Origin: Malacoraja senta
Taxonomy: Eukaryota
DNA: 60,000 nucleotides
Direction: 5' to 3'
NCBI GenBank assembly: GCA_038087875.1
Contig: CM075988.1
Span: 13,022,001-13,082,000, forward strand
Shown piece by piece: positions 48,191 to 60,000 of the stretch. Under the pieces are notes generated by a model, which saw nothing but the letters and a program-made list of their open reading frames with translations, was not told where the DNA came from and searched no databases. Each line of letters opens with the position of its first letter. Position 1 is the first letter of the stretch. A program made the translations under genes and the position numbers.

Positions 48191-50694
48191 TACGTAGGGT
48201 TAGTTGAAAAATGGGATGGAGTGAAAGGATCAGCCAATATCTTAATGGTTGGTGGGTAGGCGTAAGGGGCCAAATGGTCTACTCTGCTTGTCTTTCTTAT
48301 AATCTGATGAATAAACCACATGTAAACTTCCAGTCATCTCTTCTTGTTCCTGTATTCGATCAATAGAATATATTTAATTTGCAGCTGCAACATTTCTAAA
48401 TGTTACAAGGCAGTCCCTGAAAACCTTCAGTTTGGATATTGGCATTCCAAATGTCCAAGTGAAAGACAGGTTTATTCCACTCAGGAAAGGTGATCCTCCA
48501 AGCAAACCACAAATGGGCAAGTAGTCTAACCTAAGCCTGTATGAGGCAGCAGAAAGCAACCAGACATCATTACTGGTTGATTGTTCAATGTTCCAACAAT
48601 GTGTCGGAAATGTTCATACTTTTGTCACATATTTCTGCATCTTGGGACATTCCAAACCAATTTTCTACCAAAGAAGTGCAGAGCACATTTGGGGGGGTTT
48701 CTAATAATCTCAAAACTTCTCCATTTGAACATGTCTCAGCAGTTTAGTTTGGAGAAGCTGAAACAGAGAAGGCTTCTGCCTGTATCAGGTGCCAAGCCGA
48801 CTTACAGAAATAACACTGTCTTAATTGTCATTCTGGATTAAATTAAAATAGCAATGGAAATATATGCAGAAGTAAAGATATTTGATGAGAAATCTCTAAC
48901 CAAACAGGGTGATATTGTGTTTATTGGCATAGGAATAATGCTGCATAATTCATAGTTTGTTTTCAAATTAACAGGACTCACATTAATGTCATTTATGGTC
49001 TCTCAAATCCAGAATGTACTATTGCAATGCTGCTTTCAGTGATAAGATTATCAACAAGGAGAAATCTAACAAAGAAAATGTCACATTGCATCAAATGCAT
49101 ATTCTGGTTCATTGTGCAAATGTATTTGGGCACTTTGCAGTATTCTTCTTTTTTTCATTCATCCAAATATTTATTCTCTCACATAGCATACAATACCAAT
49201 AGTATGTATGCTGGACATCACCCTTTATGTCAAACGTAGGCTTTGGCAAATATTTGTACATTTATTATAAGTAAATTTCAGATTGTTACATCAGCATGTT
49301 TGCCAGAAAAAATACCAAAGGGCATTCTTCTGGAAAGTATATAACTGAAATTCCCCAAGAGCGCAAACTAGCCCAGAGGTGAGGCCACAAATCTTATTAT
49401 ATTTTAAAAAACAAGCGTCCTCTGGGTACCTACCTGCAAATCTTGAATGAAATATTCATGTTGCTTGGTTCAGGTGTGTGTGTACGGCATTTGCTGCATT
49501 ATTTAGAGGCTTTGGGGAATGGTTCTCAAGTGCCTAATGTCACGTAAACATGACTCGCACTTCTTAAGGGGGGAGATTAGAAGGTAGGGCAAAGGACTGG
49601 TACATTTACCAGAAAGAAATGGCCAAGTTATTCAGTGCTATTTTGGTGACAGTACGTGCTGGTATGGGCAACTGACACCTCTAAAAAGTTAAAGACTTGA
49701 TTTTCACATTTTTTATATTACCTAGAGATTACTAAAGTTTAAAAAAATAAAATGTATTTAGGAGGTCAGGCCCGTGAACAGCTTAAGCAGTTTATGGGAT
49801 GATGACCCATCATAGCAGCAAGGTATGAAGTGCGTAGAGCCACCATTTTGGCTGCAAGTAAAGCACAGCCATTATTTGACTTCAATTACGTTAAAATACA
49901 TTTACTATTCTGTTATTCATAAAGTTGAATAAAAGGCCTTACAATCCATGTAGCTAAGTATTGAATAGAGGATCAAAGGCTGATATTGATTTTCCTGTCT
50001 TAATTAAGGTAAATTCCTTTCAGAAGTTTTGAACATCCAATAATTTAGTCAATAGATTTTGACAATTTGTCCACTTTAATAATCTTACCATTTGCACTGA
50101 ATCCTTTTTTTTTTCTTCAAATCTGTGCAAGTAGGTGAACCCTCTTAACAGAATTCCTGAATTTAGCCAGAATTGTTTGGTCTCTCGCTATCAGAGATAT
50201 TCCCTTTGTTCCATCCATCCATCCATCCCCACTTTCTTGATTTTCTTTCTTAGCCTGTTCTGAGAAAGGGTTCTAACCCGAAACATTATCTGTTTCTCTT
50301 TCAACAAATGCTGCCTGACCTGCAGATAATTTTTGTGAATTTGAAATGTTTGTCTTTATTTTGAAATTTTAGCATTTCTTCTGTATTTTTTTTAATAGTT
50401 TTCAGCCCAGAATGATTATGCAGTCTGCAAGAAATATGAAATTCTACACACCTAAAGGAAGTTGGAGTTGGGAGGTAAACTGAAGAGTACAAGACTGTGA
50501 GTAATAGATTTTTGTGATGGGGGGAATCTTAAGGTACATGCTTGAACAGTGAATAGATTGAACTAAGATTCAGATCATCTACGATTTCTAAAAGCAGAAT
50601 TGTTTTTATGGGTGAATTATCCTTTCAATTCTTACGCTTGGATTGAGAATTTCTCTTTATTTTAACATTGGTGGCATCAGAACCAGACCAGACA

Positions 50695-51120
50695 TTAACA
50701 AGAACGTATGAAAATAAGAGCAGGCGTAGACCACCAAGCCTGTAAAACCTGCTGAATATGATGCCACGGAAGGCTGTGGAGTCCAAGTCACTAGGCATTT
50801 TTAAGGCGCAGATTGACAGATTCTTGATTAGTACGGGTGTTAGGGGTTATGGGGAAAAGGCAAGAGAATGGGTTTGTGAGGGAACGATAGATCAGCCATG
50901 ATTGATTAGCAGAGTAGACGATGGGCCAAATGGCCTAATTCTAGCCTATAATTTATGAACTTATGACAGGTTACACAAATCTTTGTCTGCGTGTGATCTG
51001 TATTCCTCCATGCTCAGCATAGCCCTATGGCCATCTAAAAGCCTCCGAAATGCCATTATTATATTTGCCTGCCTCCACCAAGCAGCACGTTCCCGCACCC
51101 ACCAATGACTATGCAAAAAA
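50695..51120. mobile_element. Cluster of CR1 3' fragments in both orientations
   Basis: gaaggctgtggag...gattgacagattcttgattagtacggg...(TTATGAAC) tail, plus antisense pieces. Confidence 0.7.
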
Positions 51121-51519
51121 ACAATATACGAGTACGTTGCAAGTCTGCAATTCTCCTTCCACGGCCGATCAACCGCAGGTCACGACTTCTCCTTTGTGAT
51201 CTTTCCAACCTGAAAGGTTGGTTTATTCAAACTCTCTGTTTTCTACCTGTTCATCAATTTTAAATCCATTTCACACGCCTTTAATTTGTGTTATTTTTAG
51301 CATTGATCAGCATGAAAACCCTTCCACGTTCTCCACTGCCTTTACGATTAGTTTTAGGGTTATTATTGTCAGGTGTACCGTGGTACAGTGAAAAACATTT
51401 GTTTGCATGCTATCCAATCAATCCCAATTATAATACACACAAATACAATTGTGTCAAACACAAGTACAACAGGCAGAACAAAGAGACTGGCACCAATTAA
51501 TTGTAGGGCCTTAACTGTT

Positions 51520-51679
51520 TAAGAAGGAACTGCAGATGCTGGAAAATCAAAGGTATACAAAAGTGCTGGAGAAACTCAGCAGGTGAGGCAGCATCTATGG
51601 AGCGAAGGAAATAGGCAAAGTTTCGGCCGGAAACATTAAGAAGGGTTTCGGCCCGAAACATTGCCTATTTCCTTCGCTC
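51520..51679 (-). mobile_element. Penelope-derived insertion with an inverted terminal segment
   Basis: Head-to-head family segments; 15-bp flanking repeat AGGGCCTTAACTGTT (51505-51519, 51680-51694). Confidence 0.8.
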
Positions 51680-52779
51680 AGGGCCTTAACTGTTGATCAT
51701 ACAAAGTGTGGAAAATTTACAATGTGTTAATGAATCTCCTGTACAAACCCAATGATAGAGAGCAGTTGCAAGTTGCAGCATATTGCAGCATGACATGTTG
51801 ATAGTTTTGGGCAGATGATGAATGGACTAACCCAGCTTTCAACAACCAACACCCTTATTTGAAACTGCCTGCACTTGTGAAATATCTTTATAATTATCAG
51901 GAATTCCAGTAATGGGAATCTTTGAGACAAGCTGTTGCTTGTACACGAGTGAAAAGAAAACTAAATGCATTTTAAATAAGAATCATGTGAAGGGATTTTT
52001 TCAATTCTTCTTCATTACTTTCGTGCATTACATTTGCATGCATTTGTCACATTGTAATTAAAAATGTTCCCAGCATTATTCGCCGCAGACGTTGCACAAT
52101 AAAATATTGGCACACGCAAGAAGGCAGGTACGATCTTTGTTTCTGATGTTGTCTATTAACATTGTTGGAAAATGGAATATGGCTGGCAGAATAAGATAAG
52201 ATCAAAGATAGAAACAACAGTGATGCTCCTAGCTGGAACTGTCAATGGAATTCATTGCTCGTGACGGCACCAATATAATATCCTGAATTATTTCCCCACC
52301 TTAAGGATCATATGTGTCTGGTGGTAATTGGATGGAGAAAGTGGAAGGTGACAATGAGATAAAATTCAACACGGGACTTTGTATTAGTCTTAAGTTTAAC
52401 AGCTATACAGAATCAGGGTGAATAGTGACACTGTGTAACTTTGATTTTTTGCTAATAAATATCTCCCTTGCCACTCTGTTTACCCCACTCCTGCTAAACA
52501 AGCCATGGTTTTTTTAAAGACCTCAAACAAAATGGTAGGATGGAGTAACACTCAACTATGTGCAATGTATTAAGTCTGTCTCATCATTGTATTTGGAATA
52601 GGACATAAGTCACCGACGTTGGGAAAATTAGGTAAATCTTCACCTATTGCAGCAGTCTATACTTACTACTTACACATCGTGGAGCAATAATTAACCACAT
52701 AAACATTCCTTAAATTAACAATTACATCATTAAACTTGAAGAAATGCTTACGCTTCACACTATTACATCACCCTGCTGC

Positions 52780-53078
52780 TAGTTTAGTTTAGAGTTTAGA
52801 GATACAGTGCGGAAACAAACCCTTCGGCCCACTGGGTTTGCGCCGACCAGCGATCCCCGCATATTAACACTATCCTACACCCACTAGGGACAATTTTTAC
52901 ATTTACCAAGCCAATTAACCTACAAACCTGTACGTCTTTGGAGTGTGGGATGAAACCGAAGATCTCGGAGAAAACCCACGAAGAGAACGTACAAACTCCG
53001 TACAGACAGCACGCCGGGTCTCCGGCGCTGCATTAGCTGTAAGGCAGCAACTCTACCGCTGCGTCACCGTGACCACCC
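52780..53078 (-). mobile_element. tRNA-derived SINE (HE1/V-SINE-like) with small internal deletions
   Basis: Closely similar to 9933-10245. Confidence 0.85.
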
Positions 53079-53098
53079 AACAGGATATATGTGAAATA

Positions 53099-53244
53099 TA
53101 TCCAAGTCAAGTCCAGTCAAGAGAGTTTATTATCATGTGTCCCAGATAGGACGATGAAATTCTTGCTTGCTGCAGCACAACAGAATATTGTAGGCATAAA
53201 TACAGAACAGATTAGTGTGTCATTTACCATGGACATGTCCGATT
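53099..53244 (-). mobile_element. Rex1/Babar 3'-UTR-only insertion
   Basis: Matches 44785-44900; perfect 20-bp flanking repeat AACAGGATATATGTGAAATA (53079-53098, 53245-53264). Confidence 0.8.
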
Positions 53245-53488
53245 AACAGGATATATGTGAAATAGTTCTAAGCATGTGATCAACAGGATATAACGGATGA
53301 CCATATTGACATTTATAGTAACTGGTTTCAACATACTCATAGATGTTCCTATTCTCTATAACCTTGCTCATGGTTCTGATATGTTTGGTACTTCTTGAAT
53401 AAGCAATGATATTAGTTGATCATCATTCCTTGGCTTTCTCCACGGAATGAAAAAGTAATGCAGGCTTAGCTGGGAATTTTTTTATTTT

Positions 53489-53617
53489 AGGGTCTGAAGA
53501 AGGGTTCCGACTCAAAGCAACATCAGCTATTCCATGATAGACACAAAATGCTGGGGTAACTCAGCGGGATAGGCAGCATCTCTGTGAGAAGGAATGGGTG
53601 ATGTTTCGGGTCGAGAC
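53489..53617. mobile_element. Penelope-derived repeat, segments in both orientations
   Basis: gggtctgaagaagggttccgac followed by the inverted family core. Confidence 0.7.
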
Positions 53618-54612
53618 ATCCTATCTGTTCGCCCCATGAGCACAATATAGGATATGACCTTCAAACTGGTTGTGGTACATGTATATTCATTTATTTTTCA
53701 ACCAGACCCCTCTAAGTACTAGCGTTATGTGAAATGTCAGGAGCTTCTGTTATCAAATATGGACAATTGCACTTTGGACCAAAGATGGAAATCCATCTGG
53801 GAGATTGGTCCGACTTACAAATGACAAATTTTGCTGCTTTTGTTCTGCTTGGCTTTTTTTCGACTTGTGACCCACACAGAATCGGTCTGAAATGTATGGT
53901 TTAGCCAACACTGAGCAAATACATTCAACAGTCAAGAACTACCCTAATTTTTCAAGAAAAACAAGGTTTGAGGTTTCACTTTCCATTTAGTAATTGTATA
54001 TTTGTTTAGTAAACCACCCACGCCAGCTGCTATCCAGGTGGGAACATTTATTATCGCTTTATTGTCTTTAATTGTCTCGCTGATCTGACAGTTCAGGATT
54101 TGGAGAATCAGGATCTACAGGTTATTGTATGGCTTCATGGTAACTCAAATATCACTGTACTTTAATTGGTGCATGTGACAACAAATGTGAATGTGAATCA
54201 AAATCTGTGGTTGCAATAATGATGTCAACTCAAGTGCATTAGTTATTTGCATGTGAATTACTTTGCATTTAATAAATACAGCATCCTGGGAACAGACATG
54301 TAATATCCTTGTTTTCCGCACCACGTAAAAGTAGGATAGATTCCTCTAACGTGAATTACAATAATCTTGCTGGGTACGAATATGAAGTTGCATATTTGGT
54401 GCAGTTTCCGAGCTTTGTTGGCGACGTGTGATCTGTGATGTGTTTGCACCTTCTATCCTCAGACAAGCTGCAGCATGCAAGACTACATTTCCTGTCAGAC
54501 TACTTGGTTTGCCCAAAGTTTTTCATTTTTCTTTCTTTGAGACCGAGAGCATGGAAACACACCCTTTAGCCAAACTCATTCATGCCAACCAAGATGCCCC
54601 ATCTAAGTCTAA

Positions 54613-55172
54613 CTTAGTTTAGTTTATTGTCATGTGTACCGAGCTACAGTGAAAAGCTTTTGATGCATGGTAACCAGTCAGCGGAAAGACTATACATGAT
54701 TACAATTGTGCCATCCACAGTGTACAGATACATGATGACAGGAATAACGTTTGATGTAAGATAATGTACAGTAATGTCCGATTAATGATAGTCCAGGGGA
54801 CTCCATTGAGGTAGATAATAGCTCAGGACCGCTTTCTAGTTGATGATAGGATGGTTCAGTTGCCTGATAACAGCTGGGAACACACTGTCCCTCTATCTGG
54901 AGGTGTTCATTTTCATAATTCTGTACCACTTGCCTGATAGGAGAGGGGAGAAGAGTGAATGACCAGGGTGAGACTCGTCGTTGATTATGCTGGTGGCCTT
55001 GCCGAGGCAGCATGAAGTGTAAATGGAATCAAACAAAGGCAGATTGGTTTGCGTGATGGTCTGCGCTACGTCCACAATTTCCTGCAATTTCTTGCAACCT
55101 TGGATGGAGCTGTTCCCAAACCATACTGTGATGCATCCTGATAAAATGCTTTCCAAGGTGCAGCTGCAGAGG
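54613..55172 (-). mobile_element. Rex1/Babar-type LINE 3' fragment inserted in a CR1 tail
   Basis: CTLESILSGCITVWFGN...KKLQ..V..AQ.I....LP...IY...CL.KA.SII.D.SHPGH.LFS.L.SG. Confidence 0.8.
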
Positions 55173-55299
55173 TTGCACAAGCTGATCCATGTTTGGCCCA
55201 TATCCCACTAACCCCTTCCTTACAGTATATGTGCTGCATGGCTCTACAACTCTATTTTCATATTCAAATCAAAAATGAGTTCAAGTTTAGAATGATAAA

Positions 55300-55550
55300 T
55301 CAGCTGAGGAGGGAAAGGGTGGAGGGGTTTGGGGATGATGTTTTCCATGGCGAGACAGAAGGGGAGAAATATATTGGAGTCATGAATAGAGGAAGAAGAG
55401 AAAGGGGAAAAAAAGAATGAAGAGGAGATGACCAATAAAGGAATGGCTGATGTGGTCAGGACCACAGAGAAGGAGGGAGAAGTGACCAGTGGGAGAAGAG
55501 AAGGGGGCAGAAGAAGAATATTGAAATATGAATGTTCAAAGGAAGGACAG
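55300..55550. repeat. GA-rich low-complexity tract
   Basis: Strong purine bias on the + strand. Confidence 0.6.
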
Positions 55551-57454
55551 ATTTTCCAATGCAGATAGAAACAGATGTTGAAATGCACAAATGTTTACTT
55601 GACTTAGGGTAAATTAGATCTGTTTATGCATCAATTAAATTTTTCCACAAGGCACAGATGCTAAAAATTCAGTGGCGTCATGCTGTTTATTTTTAAGATC
55701 TCTGAGCAAAGGTAAATTGTTTTTTCTCAAAAATTAAAACATATTTTGGAAAAAAAAACATGAAGCATGGTTATGTGTTAAGCTTGGGTGTTATCTAAGT
55801 TTCAAGATGATCTGTCATAACTCTGTAAGAAACACTTTATACAAACCTCTCTGTATCAAGGATGTTTTACACCCCCTCACAGCAGAGTAACTGATAAACC
55901 AGTTTTGCTTGCTTGTTTGCTCATCTGTTTAAAATTTGCTTTGGGAGCACTTTGCACTTGAAAGAGTAGAACACAATGTAAACAATATGATACTCTTGTT
56001 CACTCCGCCACACAAAACTGGTAGGATTCCTCTAACATCTAAATTTAAATCATCTTACAGCTGTACAGCCTTGAAGTCCATTATTCAGTCTGCAGTGTTT
56101 TCTTTATCCTCATAAGCAGGTTCTATCCTCATAACTAAGCTACAATGTGTAAGACCAATGTGAAAGAAGATCTGTCATGACTTTTGTATGGCTATTCCTC
56201 TGAATGGCCTAATTCTGCTCCTCTATCTCATGGTCTTATGACCACATATCACATTACCACATGTTATTTTTTACTCTTTCTTACATTGTTTATACATTTT
56301 ACTTTGGATATATGCTCGTTAAATGTTTCATGTGTTTCTCCCATACCCCCCTGGGCACTAATTTGTATTGAAAGCATTCTCTTGAAAAGGAAGAATTCTC
56401 TTGAAAGATATCTTTCCTTTCAAGAAAATATCAGTGGCCTGGATCTGGATCAATTTACAAAGAATAAAGGGCATACTTTAGATTTAATTTCACATTATTT
56501 TTGTTAAAAGCGATTTGAACATACAATAAATCACACCTGCTAGCTTTTAAATAAAATAAAGCTATGTTCTGAATTAATATTAATTATTAAGTTGACTAAC
56601 AAAGGTTATATAGGAGTCGGGACTAGGGAATGTGGGCGATGTTATTTAGACTCCCCTGGTTCAACAGTACAAAAAATAGGTGTAGCATTATTGCCTCGGT
56701 TGTAGCATTAATGCCATGGCCGTACAAACTCAAATCATATATTTCTCACCATGCAATTGGAGAGCATGAGAATGAAGACAAGGGCTAAACAGGGTTTATC
56801 GTAATTAATGTTTATTTTACTGCTTATCGAGGTGTCGAAGGATAACATTAGATTGTCATGCTCAGCAAAACATGAATAATTCTGCGTTCATTCCAAACAA
56901 ATGTTGGGAATTTCCTGTTCCACTAACTGGAATTTCCCAAATCCCTAAGAGATTTTTGCTGAAGAAATCCAGACTTCAATCTTGCTACTCTATCATTAAG
57001 GATTTCATAATTTCCTGTACCTCATGTTGTACCTGAATAACATTTCCAATCAGTATAACATTTTAGAGAGTCCATTCCAACTTCAGAAATTTGCCACCGC
57101 CTTCCTACCCTCAGCCTCCATACAACTTCTCCCAAGAGCTTTTGAAGACATTGTCTCATCCTCCTTATTTCTTCGCAATCCAGTATGTGTGTCCCTAGCT
57201 TTTTAAAGCATTACTCACAATCTGTACTTCCAAAGGCTGTGGGGATTTTAGCTGGAGCAGTCATGCCGGAACCACATCCAATCCACGAAACACTGACGAA
57301 GGAAGCAGCCTGCACAGTGTGGGTTCCAAGTGATCCTGTCACTGAAAATGAAGCCATGCTGGAGGAAGGGAAAAAAGGAGAAATGCACTCTATTTACAAA
57401 GACCACATCAATAAAGTAATCCACTTTAACTTGTCGATGGAAGCAGCAGTAGGC

Positions 57455-58020
57455 CACAGTCAAACAGCATGGAAATGGTCCTCTTGGCCCACCATGTCCA
57501 CAACAAGGAATGGGCACCCATCTGCATTAATCTCATCTTCCATCATTTGGCCCATAGTCTTCTGTATGTTGCCACTTTAAGTGCCTATCTAGATTGTTTT
57601 TAAATGCTGTCAAACGTTCTACTTCTACCAATCTCTCCCATAGATTTTTCGAGGCACTTACCACTCTCTGGGTAAAAACATACCCATCAGATCCCCTGTA
57701 AATATCTAGCCTATCCCCCAAATCTATGACTTTAAGTTTTATTTATTTACAATAAGGGGAATGTTTCCTTCTGTCAACCCTATTTCCACCCTTTGTAGTT
57801 TTATATACACCAATCACATCCCCTCTCACCCGGCTCCACTTCAGGGAAAACAGGCTTTGCCTCTCTCCTCAGAATGGAAAACAATTCCTTCTCAGACAAT
57901 GTCCTGGCAAATTTCCTCTGACTCTCTCCAGCGCTATCATGCTGTGGTGACCAGAACTGCGCACAGTTCTCCAAATAATGTCTGACCTATGTTTTATAAA
58001 ATTGGAGCACAATTTTGGGA
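57455..58020 (-). mobile_element. Old CR1 3' fragments
   Basis: Translation FTQRVVSA..NL.E.LVEVE.LTAFK.NLDRHL. Confidence 0.7.
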
Positions 58021-58564
58021 CTCTGAGGAGTGAACATCTCCAGAAGCACAATTAGAGAATGAGGAGAATTAAGGAAGGAGCTGAGGCCTTTGAATAAAGT
58101 TGGGTCTGGTAACTTGGAAAACAGTTCATGTCACAAGTAGGTTTACAAAGTCTGTCTCAGGTCCCATCACATTCTCGAGATGGTGTGGAATCCCAATAAA
58201 TCATCTCATTCCAAGAAGGCTCAAGACAAATAGTATAGAGCGTGTTAGATGGATGATTTCTTGTTTGGAAATACAGCATGTAAACAGGCCCTTCAGCCCA
58301 TTCAGGCTGACCATTGATCACCCATTCACACTATTTCTGTGTTATTCTGCTTTCTCATCCTCTCTCAAGACATGTGATTGTTCCAGCATGCTCTGACTTT
58401 AGCCCCCTGTTGATTGCTGGAGTCAAAGATACAGTTTGGTCTAACTGGCTCCACACAGGAAGAATAATTAACAGTGAAAGACAAGTTCCTATCTCACAAC
58501 CAACATCCCTTCATAATCACGACAGTCTGTTTTCACCAGCATTTTGTGCACTGTCATGACTTGT

Positions 58565-59945
58565 ATGACTGCACACAATACTCCAGGTGTGGTCTTACCA
58601 GGGCCTTGTACAACTACACCTCTTTGCTCCTATACTCAACTCCTGTCGTTATGAAGGCCAACATGCTATTAGCTTTCTGAACTGTCTGCTGTACCTGCAT
58701 GCTTGCTTTCAGTAACTGATGTCCAAGGACACCCAGGTCTCCTTGTACTTCCCATTTTCCTAACCTGACACCATTCAGATAATAATCTGCCTTCCTGTTC
58801 TTGCCACCAAAGTGGATAACCTCATATTTATCCATATTATACTGTATCTGCCCACTTACCCAACTTGTCCAAGTCACCCTGCATTCTCATAGCATCCTCT
58901 TCACAGCTCACACTGCCACCTAGCTTGGTGTCATCTACAAATTTGCTAATGTGACTTTTAATTCCTTCATCTAAATCATTAATGTATATTGTAAATACCT
59001 GCAGTCCCAGCACCGAGCCTTGCGGCACCCCACTATTCACTACCTGCCATCCTGAAAGGGACCTGTTAATCCCGACTCTGTTTCCTGTCTGCCAACCAAT
59101 TTTCTATCCATGTCAATACCCTACCACTAATACCATGTGCTCTAATTTTGCCCACTGATCTCCTGTGTGGAACCATATCAAAGGCTTTCTGAAACTCCAG
59201 GTACACTACATCCACTGGCTCTCCCTTGTCCATTTTACCCGTTACATCCTCAAAAAAATCCAGAAGATTTGTCAAGCATGATTTCCCCTTAGTAAATCCA
59301 TGCTGACTTGGACCGATCCTGTTACTGCTATCCAAATGTGCCAGTGTTACATCTTTAATAATCGACTCCAGCATCTTCTCCACCACTGGTCAGGCTAACT
59401 GGTCTATTATTCCCTGCTTTCTCTCTCCCTCCTTTCTTAAAAAGTTGGGAAACATTAGCTACCCTCCAATCCACTGGAACTGATCCCAAATCTATAGAAC
59501 ATTGGAAAATGATCACCAATGCGTCCATTGAGTGCCTTGGGATGCAGAATATCAGGCCCTGGGGATTTATCAGCCTTCTGTCCCATCGGTGTACCCAACA
59601 CCATTTCATGACTCATGTCAATTTCCTTCAATTCCACCGTCACCCTAAGTCCTCTGTCCCCGAGTACATCTGGGAGATTGTGTCTTCTTTTGTGAAGACA
59701 GAACCAAAGTACCTGTTCATAATTATGGTCACTACCTTCCAATGGTTCCTTTACCTTGAGTTCCCTTTCAAATCCAGTTCATTACACAACACTAAATCCA
59801 GAATTACCTTCTCCCTGGTAGGCTCCAATACAAGCTGCTCTAAGAATCCATCTCAGAGGCACTCTACAAACTCCCTTTCTTGCAGTCCAGCACCAACCTG
59901 ATTTTCCCAGTCTACCAGCATGTTGAAATCTCCCACAACCACCTC
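58565..59945 (-). mobile_element. Internal CR1 ORF2 fragment (endonuclease/RT region), frameshifted
   Basis: ADKSPGPD, VPVDWRVANV..LFKKG, QHGFTKGKSCLTNLL, GVPQGSVLG and KFVDDTKLGG motifs spread over several frames. Confidence 0.9.
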
Positions 59946-60000
59946 CCCATTACATTTGTTGCATGGTATGGCAGCTTTGAAGAAGTTCTCCGACGAGAGT

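Noticed and set aside
48385..48524. Candidate exon (AATFLNVTRQSLKTFSLDIGIPNVQVKDRFIPLRKGDPPSKPQMGK)
   Set aside because: Short acceptor tract, no recognisable protein family and no partner exons.
57185..57580. 131-aa plus-strand ORF
   Set aside because: The 3' part is antisense CR1 and the rest has no recognisable motif or clear splice signals.

Overview
Eukaryotic, repeat-rich vertebrate genomic DNA. The repeat content (tRNA-headed HE1/V-SINE-like elements with CR1-type tails, CR1, Rex1/Babar, L1 and Penelope-like elements) points to a cartilaginous fish, probably a skate or ray; this is an inference. The only host gene I can support is the 3' end of an otoancorin (OTOA)-family gene on the + strand. 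It has four coding exons (1277-1416, 1890-1987, 3088-3229, 6063-6133) that splice in frame, one through a GC-AG intron, and end in a GPI-anchor signal. The remaining ~53 kb appears intergenic. It holds a young 5'-truncated CR1 with an open RT frame, a Neptune-type Penelope-like element and many short derivatives carrying a minimal hammerhead-ribozyme motif, Rex1/Babar copies, a truncated L1, a solo LTR, a MITE, many SINEs and old CR1 fragments, several of them nested; the end of a probable DIRS-type element lies at the window start, upstream of the first visible exon. No CRISPR, rRNA or true tRNA genes were seen. I found no clearly new multi-gene system. The most interesting signals are the dispersed hammerhead-bearing Penelope derivatives with fold-back junctions, the OTOA splicing features and an unassigned candidate exon pair.
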